Below are positions 1 to 9,460 of a stretch of 64,000 nt of DNA, piece after piece; the first letter of the stretch is position 1; each line of letters begins with the position of its first letter. The DNA lies in contig CAZGXN010000002.1 in assembly GCA_964530135.1 (NCBI GenBank), positions 3,308 to 67,307 of the forward strand. Reading direction: 5' to 3'. This DNA comes from an uncultured Bdellovibrionales bacterium (GTDB taxonomy: Bacteria > Patescibacteriota > Minisyncoccia > Moranbacterales > UBA1568). Position numbers and translations under genes: made by a program. Under the pieces are notes generated by a model that was not told the origin of the DNA, ran no database searches, and saw nothing but the letters and a program-made list of their open reading frames with translations.

Positions 1-8
1 GTGATTGT

Positions 9-1094
9 ATGCGTATACTTTTTGTCTCCCGGGCTTTCCCTCCGACCATTGGTGGCATCGAGCAACAAAATGCCGATCTCGCCCGATTCTTGGGGAAAGA
101 ATGCGAGTTGACCCTCATCGCCAACCGTCGCGGTAAACGCTTTCTCCCACTCTTTTTTCTCTGGGCGATGATCCGAACGCTCTTTCTCTTGCCGCGGCAT
201 GATGTCCTCCTCCTCGGTGACGGTGTTCTCGCTCTGCTCGGAGCAGTCGCCAAATATTTCAATCCCCACAAAACAGTCGTAACGGTACTGCATGGCCTCG
301 ACATTACTTATACAAATAGGTTTTATCAAAAACTGTGGGTCGGAATGTTTTTCCGCACACTCGATGGCGCGATCGCGGTCAGTCATGCGACTAAAATGGA
401 GGCAGTGAAACGCGGTTTCGATGCATCAAAAATTTTCGTTATCCCGAATGGGATCGAATCGAGCCGTTTCCACTTTCCAAAAGACCGGGCCAAACTTTCT
501 CAGCTCTTCGGATTCGACACGACCCAACATATCATCCTCCTCACTATCGGACGACTCGTGAAACGCAAAGGTGTCGCCTGGTTCATCCAAAATGTCCTGC
601 CAATCCTCCCACCAGAATTCTGCTATGCAGTCGCAGGTACTGGACCAGAGGAAACTGCCATCCACGAAGCGATCGCTCGTTCCGGAACCACAGAGCGTGT
701 CAAGCTCCTCGGCAGGGTGGACGATGCCACGAGGGAGACACTTCTTGCGAATGCTGATATTTTCATCCAGCCAAATATTCCAGTTACCGGTGATATGGAG
801 GGCTTCGGCATTGCCGTCATTGAAGCCAGTGCTGCCGGACTCCCCGTCGTTGCGAGCCGTCTCGAAGGACTACAAGATGCCATTGTGGATGGCGAAAACG
901 GACGACTGGTTACACCAGAACAGCCATCTGAATTCGCACAGACGCTCAAACAGATGGATGATCCCACTAGGAGAAAGCAACAAGGCGAACGGGGGCAACA
1001 TTTTACTATTGAACACTTCGAATGGACCAAAATTGCGAGACGCTATATCGCCCTCATTGAAGACTTTCGAAAAAGCATGCTCGATACGCACTGA
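9..1094 (+). CDS. GT4-family (GT-B fold) glycosyltransferase
   Basis: N-terminal 'ILFVSRAFPPTIGGIEQ' and C-terminal E-x7-E region 'EGFGIAVIEASAAGLPVVASRLEGLQDAIVDGENG' typical of GT4 retaining glycosyltransferases. Confidence 0.85.
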   Translation: MRILFVSRAFPPTIGGIEQQNADLARFLGKECELTLIANRRGKRFLPLFFLWAMIRTLFLLPRHDVLLLGDGVLALLGAVAKYFNPHKTVVTVLHGLDITYTNRFYQKLWVGMFFRTLDGAIAVSHATKMEAVKRGFDASKIFVIPNGIESSRFHFPKDRAKLSQLFGFDTTQHIILLTIGRLVKRKGVAWFIQNVLPILPPEFCYAVAGTGPEETAIHEAIARSGTTERVKLLGRVDDATRETLLANADIFIQPNIPVTGDMEGFGIAVIEASAAGLPVVASRLEGLQDAIVDGENGRLVTPEQPSEFAQTLKQMDDPTRRKQQGERGQHFTIEHFEWTKIARRYIALIEDFRKSMLDTH

Positions 1095-1105
1095 AGAAAA
1101 ATTCT

Positions 1106-3028
1106 ATGCTTGCTATTTTCTCCACAATTATTTTCTGCGGTGTCCTACTACTCGGTTTTTTTCTCCCGGGTTTTGTGTGGTGGCGTGCACTCTTTGGTCG
1201 CGGGTGTTCAATCTGGGAAGAGCTCGTCCTGGCACTGGCCGGCAGCCTCGCGATCATTGATATCCTGATGCTCATCCTGGATCGAATTGGTCTCCCACTC
1301 GCAGCCAGTACTCTCGCTGGATCTCTCCTTGGTCTCACTCTTCTCGGGGCGGCAATCGCCTGGATCAGAAGTCAATCAACCAACCAGCCCCACGTATCCT
1401 CCGGTCTACATTTTTCTCTCCGCGGCCGATACATCTTTTTCAGTCTTTGTGCCCTCACCATCTTTATCCGGACTCTCTATCTCGCACCCAATATTCTACC
1501 GACTGCAACTGATCTCGGTCATCACATCTACTGGGCCGACAGTATCAAGCACACTGAATCCCTGCCAACATATCAGAAAATTGAAGTTGTTACCGACCCA
1601 ACAACCGGTGCGTCTACTATAGCGGTACCGCGCAAAATCGCTGACTTCATCATTGGCGAACATTTGCCACTGGCATTTTTTTCAAGTGTGAGCGGATTAT
1701 CATTTTTTAGTGCTTTTCCTATTCTATTTCTCCATCTCATTAATCTCCTCTCAGTCATAGCAGTCATGGTTTTGGCCTATCGTCTTGCCGAGCCATTCAG
1801 AGAAAACCTTAAACCCGAACTTATTGCACTCTGCGTCTTCTTTGTCCTCGGGCCGCTCTTTGCGCTCGCCTCACCCCAAGAAAAATTCGTAACCGGCGGA
1901 GTCGTGGGAAATATTTTTGGCAACTTCTTCATTCCAGTTATTTTACTTCTCTTCTACCGAGGCCTCAATGAAAAACAAGCACCTCTACTGACCGCTGGAT
2001 TTTTTTTCTCCTTCATACTCGCTTATACACATCACCTTTCGACGCTGGTACTCGCTGGTATCCTCTTGGGTATCCTAGGAGTTACTGGGCTCGCTCTCTG
2101 GCGAACAAAGCCAGGTTTTCTACGCGACTGGTTTCAGCTCGCTTACTCGCCCTCGCTGCTGATATTTCTTTTCCTCGCAGCACTCTTTATGTTACTTATC
2201 GCGTTACCGACCTACCTCGATACTACCGCTATCGACTCCGCACTGGGTACGCCCACGAAAACAACGCGCACCGGTCTTTCGTTTTTTCAAATCTCCATGA
2301 CCATCGGAGCAGCCAAAGTAGCTTTGGGAATCTTCGGGCTCTTGATCGCCCTCATAACCCTGCGCCGGCAACCGATAGCATCTGGCTTCTTGCTCGCCTG
2401 GGGCGGTATGCTCCTCATTATGACAATGTTTCCGCACGCTCTCTTTCTTGATATCCCCTCGAACCGCATCGGCAGTTATCTCAGTTACCCTCTCGGATTA
2501 ACCGCTGGATTCGCACTCGCTTGGACACTCTCCACTCTTTCTCAAAAAGTAGTATTACCACCTGTTCTCACGATTATCATTTTGACAAGTCTCGTCAGTT
2601 TTCTCATCGGTTCGGGATCAGTTGAAAATGCAAACTCACTCACATTCAAAGATCGGTCTCAGGAACTCGTCCAGACCTTCGCAGCGAGTGAGTACCTTGC
2701 TCAACACTCGAACGGCGAGATGATTTTAAAAGATCATAATTACCTCTCCGCCGACGCCTGGATAAAGATTTTCTTCAAACGCGATTATGGCTACCCGCTC
2801 TCGCGCGGACTCTTCGGACGTTATGAGGAAGGCGGCAATCGCCGCGAGCGCTGTACCCTCGCTATGATCTCAACCCCAAATACCGACGCTGGTGAACGCT
2901 GTTTCCATGAAACAGCCGTTCGATATCTCCTGGTCAACCCGATATACGACAGCGCGCAATTTGAGAAGTCCGACTCCTTCTCCAAGCTCTACACCAGCGA
3001 AACCGCAGCGATCTACGAAAAGCATTGA
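1106..3028 (+). CDS. large polytopic membrane protein, possible GT-C-like glycosyltransferase or polymerase (function unassigned)
   Basis: 640 aa, more than 10 predicted hydrophobic helices in the first ~500 aa then a soluble C-terminal domain; sits in the glycan cluster. Confidence 0.55.
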   Translation: MLAIFSTIIFCGVLLLGFFLPGFVWWRALFGRGCSIWEELVLALAGSLAIIDILMLILDRIGLPLAASTLAGSLLGLTLLGAAIAWIRSQSTNQPHVSSGLHFSLRGRYIFFSLCALTIFIRTLYLAPNILPTATDLGHHIYWADSIKHTESLPTYQKIEVVTDPTTGASTIAVPRKIADFIIGEHLPLAFFSSVSGLSFFSAFPILFLHLINLLSVIAVMVLAYRLAEPFRENLKPELIALCVFFVLGPLFALASPQEKFVTGGVVGNIFGNFFIPVILLLFYRGLNEKQAPLLTAGFFFSFILAYTHHLSTLVLAGILLGILGVTGLALWRTKPGFLRDWFQLAYSPSLLIFLFLAALFMLLIALPTYLDTTAIDSALGTPTKTTRTGLSFFQISMTIGAAKVALGIFGLLIALITLRRQPIASGFLLAWGGMLLIMTMFPHALFLDIPSNRIGSYLSYPLGLTAGFALAWTLSTLSQKVVLPPVLTIIILTSLVSFLIGSGSVENANSLTFKDRSQELVQTFAASEYLAQHSNGEMILKDHNYLSADAWIKIFFKRDYGYPLSRGLFGRYEEGGNRRERCTLAMISTPNTDAGERCFHETAVRYLLVNPIYDSAQFEKSDSFSKLYTSETAAIYEKH

Positions 3029-3061
3029 GCAGTCTCTTGCACTTTTGTGTCTGGATTCGTC

Positions 3062-4105
3062 TCAATCCGCAACGGGAGCTGCACTTTTTTCACTCAAGAA
3101 ATTATCAAAACTCTGCTGGAGGCTCACTGCATCAATCTCCTGTCCGATGACAACAAGGGTGGATTGTCGCTGTTCTCCTGCTCGCCAAACACGTTCAGGA
3201 ATAATCGTGTACAGTGTATGCACCCCTTGGAGTACAGCTCGACGATCGGGCCACTCCGTCGTCGCTAGGATGCCCTTGTACCGCAAGAGGTTTGGACCAA
3301 GTGTATTTTGTAACTCCCCGATCCAGGCATAGAGTCGGTCGATGTCGATCGGCTTTTCGGTCCAGAGCACGACACTCGAGATGCCCGCCGTATGGCTCGC
3401 ATGGTCATGATCATCGTGTTCACGCCCCACCTCGGGCGCGGCAAAGAATCGGCGCTCCTGGAAAAGTTCGCTATTCTCCACTGCCCCATTCACGGCTTGA
3501 ATGATCGGTACAGCAGGATTAATACCGTGGATGCGTGCCTCAATTGTCTCTGCATCCTTTCCCTCCGGAAGCAAATCAGTCTTCGACAGAATGATGAGAT
3601 CAGCCAACGCGATCTGTTCAGCTGCCACCGGTAGATATCCGAGCTGCTTTTCAATATGGACCACATCGACGACAGTTACAACGGCCGAGATCTCGTAAGC
3701 GGTCATGAGCACCTCATCCATCATGAAGGTTTGGATAAGTGGGATAGGATCAGCCAAACCCGTTGTCTCGATGACGATGCGATCGAATTCGAGCTTCTTG
3801 ATATTCTCTCCTTCTTCTGTCATACCGAGTCGACGTTTCAGGAGATCAGTGAGCGTCTCCACAAGATCGTTTCGCACCGTGCAACAGATACAGCCATTGT
3901 CGAGTGTTACGAGATGCTCCTCACCACCAACAACAAGCGCACCGTCAATATCGACTGCGCCAAACTCATTTACAATCACTACAATTTTCTCATCCGTCCG
4001 GCTCCGAAGAATGTGGTTGAGGAGGGTCGTTTTTCCCGCCCCCAAGAAACCCGTCAGGAGCGTTACTGGAATCTTCTTGAAAACAGATTTTTGTGCTTGA
4101 TCCAT
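3062..4105 (-). CDS. COG0523/CobW-family GTPase metallochaperone
   Basis: P-loop 'GFLGAGKTTLL', metal-binding 'GCICCTV' (CxCC), His-rich stretch 'HDDHDHASH', CobW C-terminal-like tail; lone minus-strand gene between plus-strand genes. Confidence 0.85.
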   Translation of the reverse strand: MDQAQKSVFKKIPVTLLTGFLGAGKTTLLNHILRSRTDEKIVVIVNEFGAVDIDGALVVGGEEHLVTLDNGCICCTVRNDLVETLTDLLKRRLGMTEEGENIKKLEFDRIVIETTGLADPIPLIQTFMMDEVLMTAYEISAVVTVVDVVHIEKQLGYLPVAAEQIALADLIILSKTDLLPEGKDAETIEARIHGINPAVPIIQAVNGAVENSELFQERRFFAAPEVGREHDDHDHASHTAGISSVVLWTEKPIDIDRLYAWIGELQNTLGPNLLRYKGILATTEWPDRRAVLQGVHTLYTIIPERVWRAGEQRQSTLVVIGQEIDAVSLQQSFDNFLSEKSAAPVAD

Positions 4106-4202
4106 AAAAAAAGTACCGTATGCGCATAATAGAGAGTGTCTTCGGAAGCGTCAACGCATCCCCTGGAAAATCAGACAAGATACGGTATACTAAATAAGCC
4201 CT

Positions 4203-4568
4203 ATGACAGAGAATCGCCTCGCCTTAAGCCTTTTTTTCCTGTTCGCACTTTCCGCTGCGTACCTGTTTTCGGTAAACGAGCGCGGGCTTGATCCGGATCA
4301 GGGCAAGAGCTGGTGGAGCCTGGCTTTCACTCGGCCACCTGAGTCCAGAGATCTCGGCTTCACGATTGCCAATCACACCAAGGATCGGGTATTCCATTAT
4401 ACAGTCAACTCCGACCAAGGCGTATTGGCAACCGGTGAACTCTCGATTGAACCTGGACAGAGTATCGAATATACGCCAAACCTTTCCACATCATTCCCGA
4501 TATCTGGACGGGTTACAATCACCGTTACGCATGAAGCCAAAGACGAAACCATCTATCGTTCGCTATGA
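4203..4568 (+). CDS. small secreted or membrane-anchored hypothetical protein
   Basis: N-terminal signal-peptide-like 'LALSLFFLFALSAAYLFS'; no recognisable domain. Confidence 0.45.
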   Translation: MTENRLALSLFFLFALSAAYLFSVNERGLDPDQGKSWWSLAFTRPPESRDLGFTIANHTKDRVFHYTVNSDQGVLATGELSIEPGQSIEYTPNLSTSFPISGRVTITVTHEAKDETIYRSL

Positions 4569-5689
4569 AACATGTCCTCCTCGCCACACGCCCGATCACA
4601 CCCCCCTGGGATGAAGCTTCAAAAAACTTTGCGTATTTTCTCGGAAAAAGTATTTCCGACCATGCTCTGACACTTCTCACGACCGCAGGCACCCCCCTCG
4701 TTGATATACCCGCAACCGCTATACAAGAACCGCTCTATCCCTCAGCCCAATTCAACTTTCGTGCTAAACGCACTCTCTTTGCCTATCTCCACGCCCAGCG
4801 CAATGCCTTTGATATAACCCACTACCTTTTCACACCTACTCGGCTCAATACTGGTCTGATCCGCCACTTCGCCTTTCCAACACGCGGAAAAACTCTTCAA
4901 ACCATAGCCACGCTCCGGACCGATCTCTACGGTCCAGCCACTCTGAAAAATATCCTTTTTGCGGATGCCATCACGGTCTATACCGATGCGACGCAGAAAA
5001 AACTGAAGGCCCTCGGCTTTACAAATGTTCATCACATCTATCCAGGTATCGACCTTGATCAGTACCAGCCACGAGAAAAAAGCGCGGCCGTCTTGGAAAC
5101 ATACGCGCTCAAGCCAGATGATTTTCTTGTCGTATACCCCGGTGAATACACGCGCCTCGGTGCGACTGATTTCCTCGTTGAAACTCTGATTCGCCACTTT
5201 ACCCACCCAATTTCTGAACCGTTTATTTTTCTCTTTGCCTGTCGAATCAAAAACGAGGCTGATAGAAAAAAGCGTGAAACTATACGCGAAGCGTTCCGTC
5301 AAGCCGGTTGTCTCGATAGAGTTCGCTTTGAAGAGAACCAGGCCACTATAAATATGGCCGAGATCTACAATACGGCCGATGTCATTGTGTTTCCAGTAGG
5401 CGACTTAAAAGGAAAATTTGATGTGCCGCTCATCATTATTGAGGCCTATGCCTCAGGAAAACCTGTTATCCTCTCCGATCTTGAGGCCTTCCGAGAGTTT
5501 TCAAACGAACATATTTCTGTTACCATCCCCAGGCTCCAAGGCCAACCATTTATCGAAAAAATACTTTATTTAAAGCATAATCCAGAAGTTTGCCAGACGC
5601 TTGGTCACGCTGCTCGAGCCTTCGCCCAAACCCACTTCGATCTCCGCGACACGGCCCGACGGTACGCTGAGCTCTATGCATCACTTTGA
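4565..5689 (+). CDS. divergent GT-B fold glycosyltransferase (GT4-like)
   Basis: C-terminal 'PLIIIEAYASGKPVILSDLEAF' resembles the GT4 nucleotide-sugar binding region; ATGA overlap with the upstream gene. Confidence 0.6.
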   Translation: MKHVLLATRPITPPWDEASKNFAYFLGKSISDHALTLLTTAGTPLVDIPATAIQEPLYPSAQFNFRAKRTLFAYLHAQRNAFDITHYLFTPTRLNTGLIRHFAFPTRGKTLQTIATLRTDLYGPATLKNILFADAITVYTDATQKKLKALGFTNVHHIYPGIDLDQYQPREKSAAVLETYALKPDDFLVVYPGEYTRLGATDFLVETLIRHFTHPISEPFIFLFACRIKNEADRKKRETIREAFRQAGCLDRVRFEENQATINMAEIYNTADVIVFPVGDLKGKFDVPLIIIEAYASGKPVILSDLEAFREFSNEHISVTIPRLQGQPFIEKILYLKHNPEVCQTLGHAARAFAQTHFDLRDTARRYAELYASL

Positions 5690-5702
5690 GCCACATAGAC
5701 AT

Positions 5703-7208
5703 ATGTACGAAACAGCCATACACACGATCAGCCACCTCAAGAAAAAAATGCAGACCGCCAAGATGAAGGTGCCGGTCGTGTTCCATGTTGGCGATGAACT
5801 GATGCCCAGTGAATCAACACTCGAACAACTTGAAAGTGTGGCTGCGAACGATTCTGTTTTCCATCATATTGCTGCCATGGCCGATGTGCATTCGAAGCCA
5901 GGCCGAAAAAATGCCACTGGAACAACCGTCACATCCGAGAATTATATCCTCCCACAGGTCAATGACTCTGATCCAGCCTGTGGTATGCGCCTTGTAAAAA
6001 CGAATTTAACCGAAGAAAATATTACCCCTGAAGAGCTCGATATTCTCTTCCGTGAACTCGTCAAGACCGTTCCGACAAAAAAATTTATCGGGACCCGTGT
6101 TTCTTTCAAAACGATCGTCGATATCTGTCGTGGCGGCATTCAGCCGCTTATTCAGACACTACATATTCAGACTAAAAACGAAACAACTCACTGCCTTGAA
6201 AATGGAAATTTTTTTTCCAAGTCTGTATCTCGTGACACTATCTTTTCAGTTATTCCCAAACTCTTTCTCTGGTTTGCAACTTTTCGACTCGGCATCTTGG
6301 GTGCAGCCGGGAATCATTTTCTCGATCTCATGAAAGTCACTGGGATCGAAGATGAAGAAACCGCCCGAAAATTTGGACTTAAAAACGGACAGTATGTGTT
6401 TATGGTGCACTGCGGCTCTGGCATCCTCGGCCAGTACACGATGTACATGTACACTGCCAAGAAACGCGAACATTTCTCTCAAGCTCTGATGGTTGAGCTT
6501 GGCAAACTCCTCTTCCGCTCACCTTTGAAGTCAGTCTATAACCGCATCGCCAAGAAGATCAAAGCCTATCAATTCGGCGCCAAGGAAGAACTCTTCACCT
6601 ATGAGGGCAACGGACCCGAAGGCGAAATGTACATGACTGCACGCAATGCCTGCTCCAACTTTGCACATGCCAATCGTGCCGTCATCACCCACAATGTCAG
6701 CGAGACTATCAAACGCGTGCTCGGCCGCGATCCGGAATTAGAGCTTCTCTACGATATGCCCCATATTCTCGTTTCTCGTGAGGAACACTATGGAAAAAAT
6801 ATCTGGGTACACCGGAACGGCACTTCCAGAGCCTATGGACCGAGCCGCATGCAGCATCACCCGCTCTTCCGAGAAACTGGTGAACCCGCCTTCATCCCTT
6901 CTTCAATGTCGACCGAGGCCTTTCTCTGCGTCGGTCTCGATGGCAACGAGTCGAGCTTCTACTCCTGCAATCACGGCGCAGGAAAAGCCAAAGCGAAGTC
7001 GGACGCGCTCGTGCCGGAAGACAAGGCAGCGCTGCATGATAAGCTCAAGACCCGCGGCGTGAAACTCTACAACGGCCAATCCTCGAAAGTCATTGAGCAA
7101 GACTCATCCCACTACAAACGCATCGATGACATCATCGCGACCGTTACCGAGAACCAGGTCGTGAAGCCCGTCGCTCGGCTTATGCCAGTCGCAATCATTA
7201 TGTACTAA
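5703..7208 (+). CDS. RtcB-family 3'-phosphate/5'-hydroxyl nucleic acid ligase-like protein, divergent
   Basis: Motifs matching RtcB metal/GMP sites: 'MADVHSKPGRKNATGTTV' (cf. PDxHxGxG), 'DPACGMRL' (Asp/Cys site), 'MVHCGSGILG' (cf. HSGSRGLG), 'CNHGAGK' (cf. NHGAGR). Start placed at the first ATG after the upstream stop; the ORF-track start at 5601 overlaps the upstream gene. Confidence 0.65.
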   Translation: MYETAIHTISHLKKKMQTAKMKVPVVFHVGDELMPSESTLEQLESVAANDSVFHHIAAMADVHSKPGRKNATGTTVTSENYILPQVNDSDPACGMRLVKTNLTEENITPEELDILFRELVKTVPTKKFIGTRVSFKTIVDICRGGIQPLIQTLHIQTKNETTHCLENGNFFSKSVSRDTIFSVIPKLFLWFATFRLGILGAAGNHFLDLMKVTGIEDEETARKFGLKNGQYVFMVHCGSGILGQYTMYMYTAKKREHFSQALMVELGKLLFRSPLKSVYNRIAKKIKAYQFGAKEELFTYEGNGPEGEMYMTARNACSNFAHANRAVITHNVSETIKRVLGRDPELELLYDMPHILVSREEHYGKNIWVHRNGTSRAYGPSRMQHHPLFRETGEPAFIPSSMSTEAFLCVGLDGNESSFYSCNHGAGKAKAKSDALVPEDKAALHDKLKTRGVKLYNGQSSKVIEQDSSHYKRIDDIIATVTENQVVKPVARLMPVAIIMY

Positions 7209-7289
7209 TCCCATTTTGAACACACAGCTTACAACATAGAACACCTGATATTGTGTCTTATTTGTTCCATGTTTTAAGTTCTCTGTTTC

Positions 7290-7889
7290 ATGAAAATCAT
7301 TACTTTCAGCGGCATTGATGGCTCGGGGAAATCGACCCAGTTAGCGCTTCTCAGAAAACGACTCGAAGCGAAAGGGGCCCGCACTGCTTATTTCCACGCC
7401 GTCCAATGGAGTCTGCCACAGACCGCCAAACGGTTGTTTCAGCGTAAACAGACCAAACCAGGCGAAAGCAAAGCCGTAACCAAAAGCTCATTCCTCGGTG
7501 TTTGGTTGCGTCAAGCGGTCTTGCTCCTAGACTTAGTTCGGTTTCGGCGTTTTCTCAATGACCTACGGCATACTGAAGTCGACTATCTCCTCTCCGACCG
7601 CTACTTTTACGATTCGCTTATCAATATCGCCTATCTCGATGGTACCTTACTTGATACTTCCTATGCCCGCTTCACGACTCGTTTCATCCCAAAGCCTGAT
7701 TGCGCCTTTTTCCTCTCGGTCTCACCCGAATCCGTCATGCGTCGCGAGCGTGCACCAGAACAGGGACTCCAATACCTAAAAGACAAGCACAGTCTCTTCC
7801 AAGAAGCCGCCACACTCTGGAACTTCATCACGATCGATGCCGGACAGGACCCAGAGAGCATCACCACTGCTATCAACACAGCCCTATGA
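7290..7889 (+). CDS. thymidylate-kinase-like P-loop kinase (Tmk family, divergent)
   Basis: 'ITFSGIDGSGKSTQ' P-loop as in Tmk; LID-like 'DRYFYDSLINIAY' (cf. DRYxxSxxAYQG); lacks the canonical REPGGT motif. Confidence 0.65.
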   Translation: MKIITFSGIDGSGKSTQLALLRKRLEAKGARTAYFHAVQWSLPQTAKRLFQRKQTKPGESKAVTKSSFLGVWLRQAVLLLDLVRFRRFLNDLRHTEVDYLLSDRYFYDSLINIAYLDGTLLDTSYARFTTRFIPKPDCAFFLSVSPESVMRRERAPEQGLQYLKDKHSLFQEAATLWNFITIDAGQDPESITTAINTAL

Positions 7890-9382
7890 AACATTTTTCC
7901 CGATCGCTGGTTTGGCTCACTGCTTCAGAAATTATTTTCAATATTGCTGCCTATGTCGTCCATTCGGTAGTTGGTCGCATTCTCGGACCAGCAGACTACG
8001 GCCGCTATGGACTCGTTGTAACGCTGACGACTATGGTTATTGTTCTCATCGGAAATGGCCTACCAACAGCGATGTCCAAATACCTCAGTGAAGTACTTGA
8101 AAAAGCACCGGAAACAATTCACGCTATAAAAAAGAAAACTGCCCTGCTCCAAGCGAGCCTGATTGGTCTCGTAACCGGTATATTCTTCCTCCTCGCCCCA
8201 GGGATCGCCTTCATCCTCAAGGATGATTCGCTCACACCGCTCTTCCGCCTCTCCGCACTCATCATTCCGACATTTGCCGCTGCCTCGTTCTACCATTACT
8301 ACCTCATCGGACTCCACCTCTTCCGGCTTCAGGCGATCATAAAAATTATTCGCTCCATCGCACGGGTCGGGTTTATTGCGCTAACTGCTATCTACTTTGG
8401 ACTCGATGGTGCGATTGCGGGCTATATCCTCGCCCCACTCTTCACTTTTCTTGCCGTGATTATTATTGACGAATTTTATATCAAACGACGACTCGGCATC
8501 GGACGGAGAGCAGAAACCAATAATGTTCCGTTCCCCGCCAAGACCTTACTCCTCTATGCTGGACCATTGACGCTCTTTCTTATCTTTTATGAACTCCTCC
8601 TCACGCTTGATCTCTACTTTGTCAAAGCACTCCTTCAGGACGATCACCTCACGGGACTCTACAATGCCGCTATTACTGTGGGCCGCATCCCATACTATCT
8701 TTTTGCTGCACTCGCTATGATCCTCCTCCCAGCTATTTCCAAGACAACCGCCGAACGCAATAATACTGAGACAAAATCACTCGTCGAGCGCTCCCTCCGC
8801 CTCCTCGCGCTTATTCTCTTCCCTCTGGTTACACTCCTCTCTGTTTATGCCAGCGAAATCCTCCATCTCTTCTATGGAAATCGGTATGATGGAGCGGCAG
8901 CGGCGATGCAGGTTTTTACAATTGGAGTCGGTTTCCTGACAGTCTTCTATGTCCTCGCCTTTGCACTCAATGGAGCCGGTAGGGTAAAAATTCCGCTCTG
9001 GCTCTCTTGCGCTGGCTTCATTGGTATGTTGGTACTCAACTTCCTCCTCATCCCATCTTTTGGCATTGTTGGAGCAGCCCTGGCTACAACCATCGTCTCA
9101 GGATTCCTGATGCTCGGCATCCTCATATACACCGAGATTCATTTCCATGCCAAACTTTCGCTCCGCCTCATATTGATTTCACTCGCCTCCGCGATCGGTA
9201 TGGCACTCCTCGCTGTACATGTCTTGCCCCATGGCCGCTGGGGCTTTATATTCTCAGGTGTCTTCCTCACTGCTTTGTACTATGGTGTCCTGCGCATCAC
9301 CCATGAACTTACAGATGATGACATCGCCCCATTGCTCAAACTCTCCCGAAAGAGAGACTCTATTACTCAAAAGATCTCTTGA
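7886..9382 (+). CDS. Wzx-type oligosaccharide flippase (MOP superfamily)
   Basis: About 12 predicted TM helices, 'GRILGPADYGRYGLVVTL' N-terminal motif typical of polysaccharide-biosynthesis (Wzx) proteins; start chosen at the ATG overlapping the upstream stop (ATGA) rather than the ORF-track 7700. Confidence 0.8.
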   Translation: MKHFSRSLVWLTASEIIFNIAAYVVHSVVGRILGPADYGRYGLVVTLTTMVIVLIGNGLPTAMSKYLSEVLEKAPETIHAIKKKTALLQASLIGLVTGIFFLLAPGIAFILKDDSLTPLFRLSALIIPTFAAASFYHYYLIGLHLFRLQAIIKIIRSIARVGFIALTAIYFGLDGAIAGYILAPLFTFLAVIIIDEFYIKRRLGIGRRAETNNVPFPAKTLLLYAGPLTLFLIFYELLLTLDLYFVKALLQDDHLTGLYNAAITVGRIPYYLFAALAMILLPAISKTTAERNNTETKSLVERSLRLLALILFPLVTLLSVYASEILHLFYGNRYDGAAAAMQVFTIGVGFLTVFYVLAFALNGAGRVKIPLWLSCAGFIGMLVLNFLLIPSFGIVGAALATTIVSGFLMLGILIYTEIHFHAKLSLRLILISLASAIGMALLAVHVLPHGRWGFIFSGVFLTALYYGVLRITHELTDDDIAPLLKLSRKRDSITQKIS

Positions 9383-9403
9383 AAAAATACTGGTAATATG
9401 CCA

Positions 9404-9430
9404 CTCTGTGGGTACAGAGATCGTGTTTTT
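9404..9430 (+). terminator. possible weak intrinsic terminator after the flippase
   Basis: stem CTCTGT/ACAGAG with loop GGGT, T6 tract 6 nt downstream. Confidence 0.3.
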
Positions 9431-9460
9431 TATCGTCACCCTCAACCCAAGGAGACCGGC

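Noticed and set aside
571-1338. Several 70-230-aa ORFs on both strands inside the first GT4 gene
   Set aside because: They are nested in or antisense to a well-supported glycosyltransferase, with Ser/Pro/Arg-rich artefact composition.
5601-5702. Upstream extension of the RtcB-like ORF (ORF-track start 5601)
   Set aside because: It would overlap the last 89 nt of the upstream glycosyltransferase in another frame. The first ATG after the upstream stop (5703), or the one at 5748, gives an N-terminus matching RtcB.
7700-7885. Upstream extension of the flippase ORF (ORF-track start 7700)
   Set aside because: The extension overlaps the Tmk-like gene and encodes Arg/His/Pro-rich sequence. The ATG at 7886 overlaps the upstream stop (ATGA) and begins the hydrophobic N-terminus.
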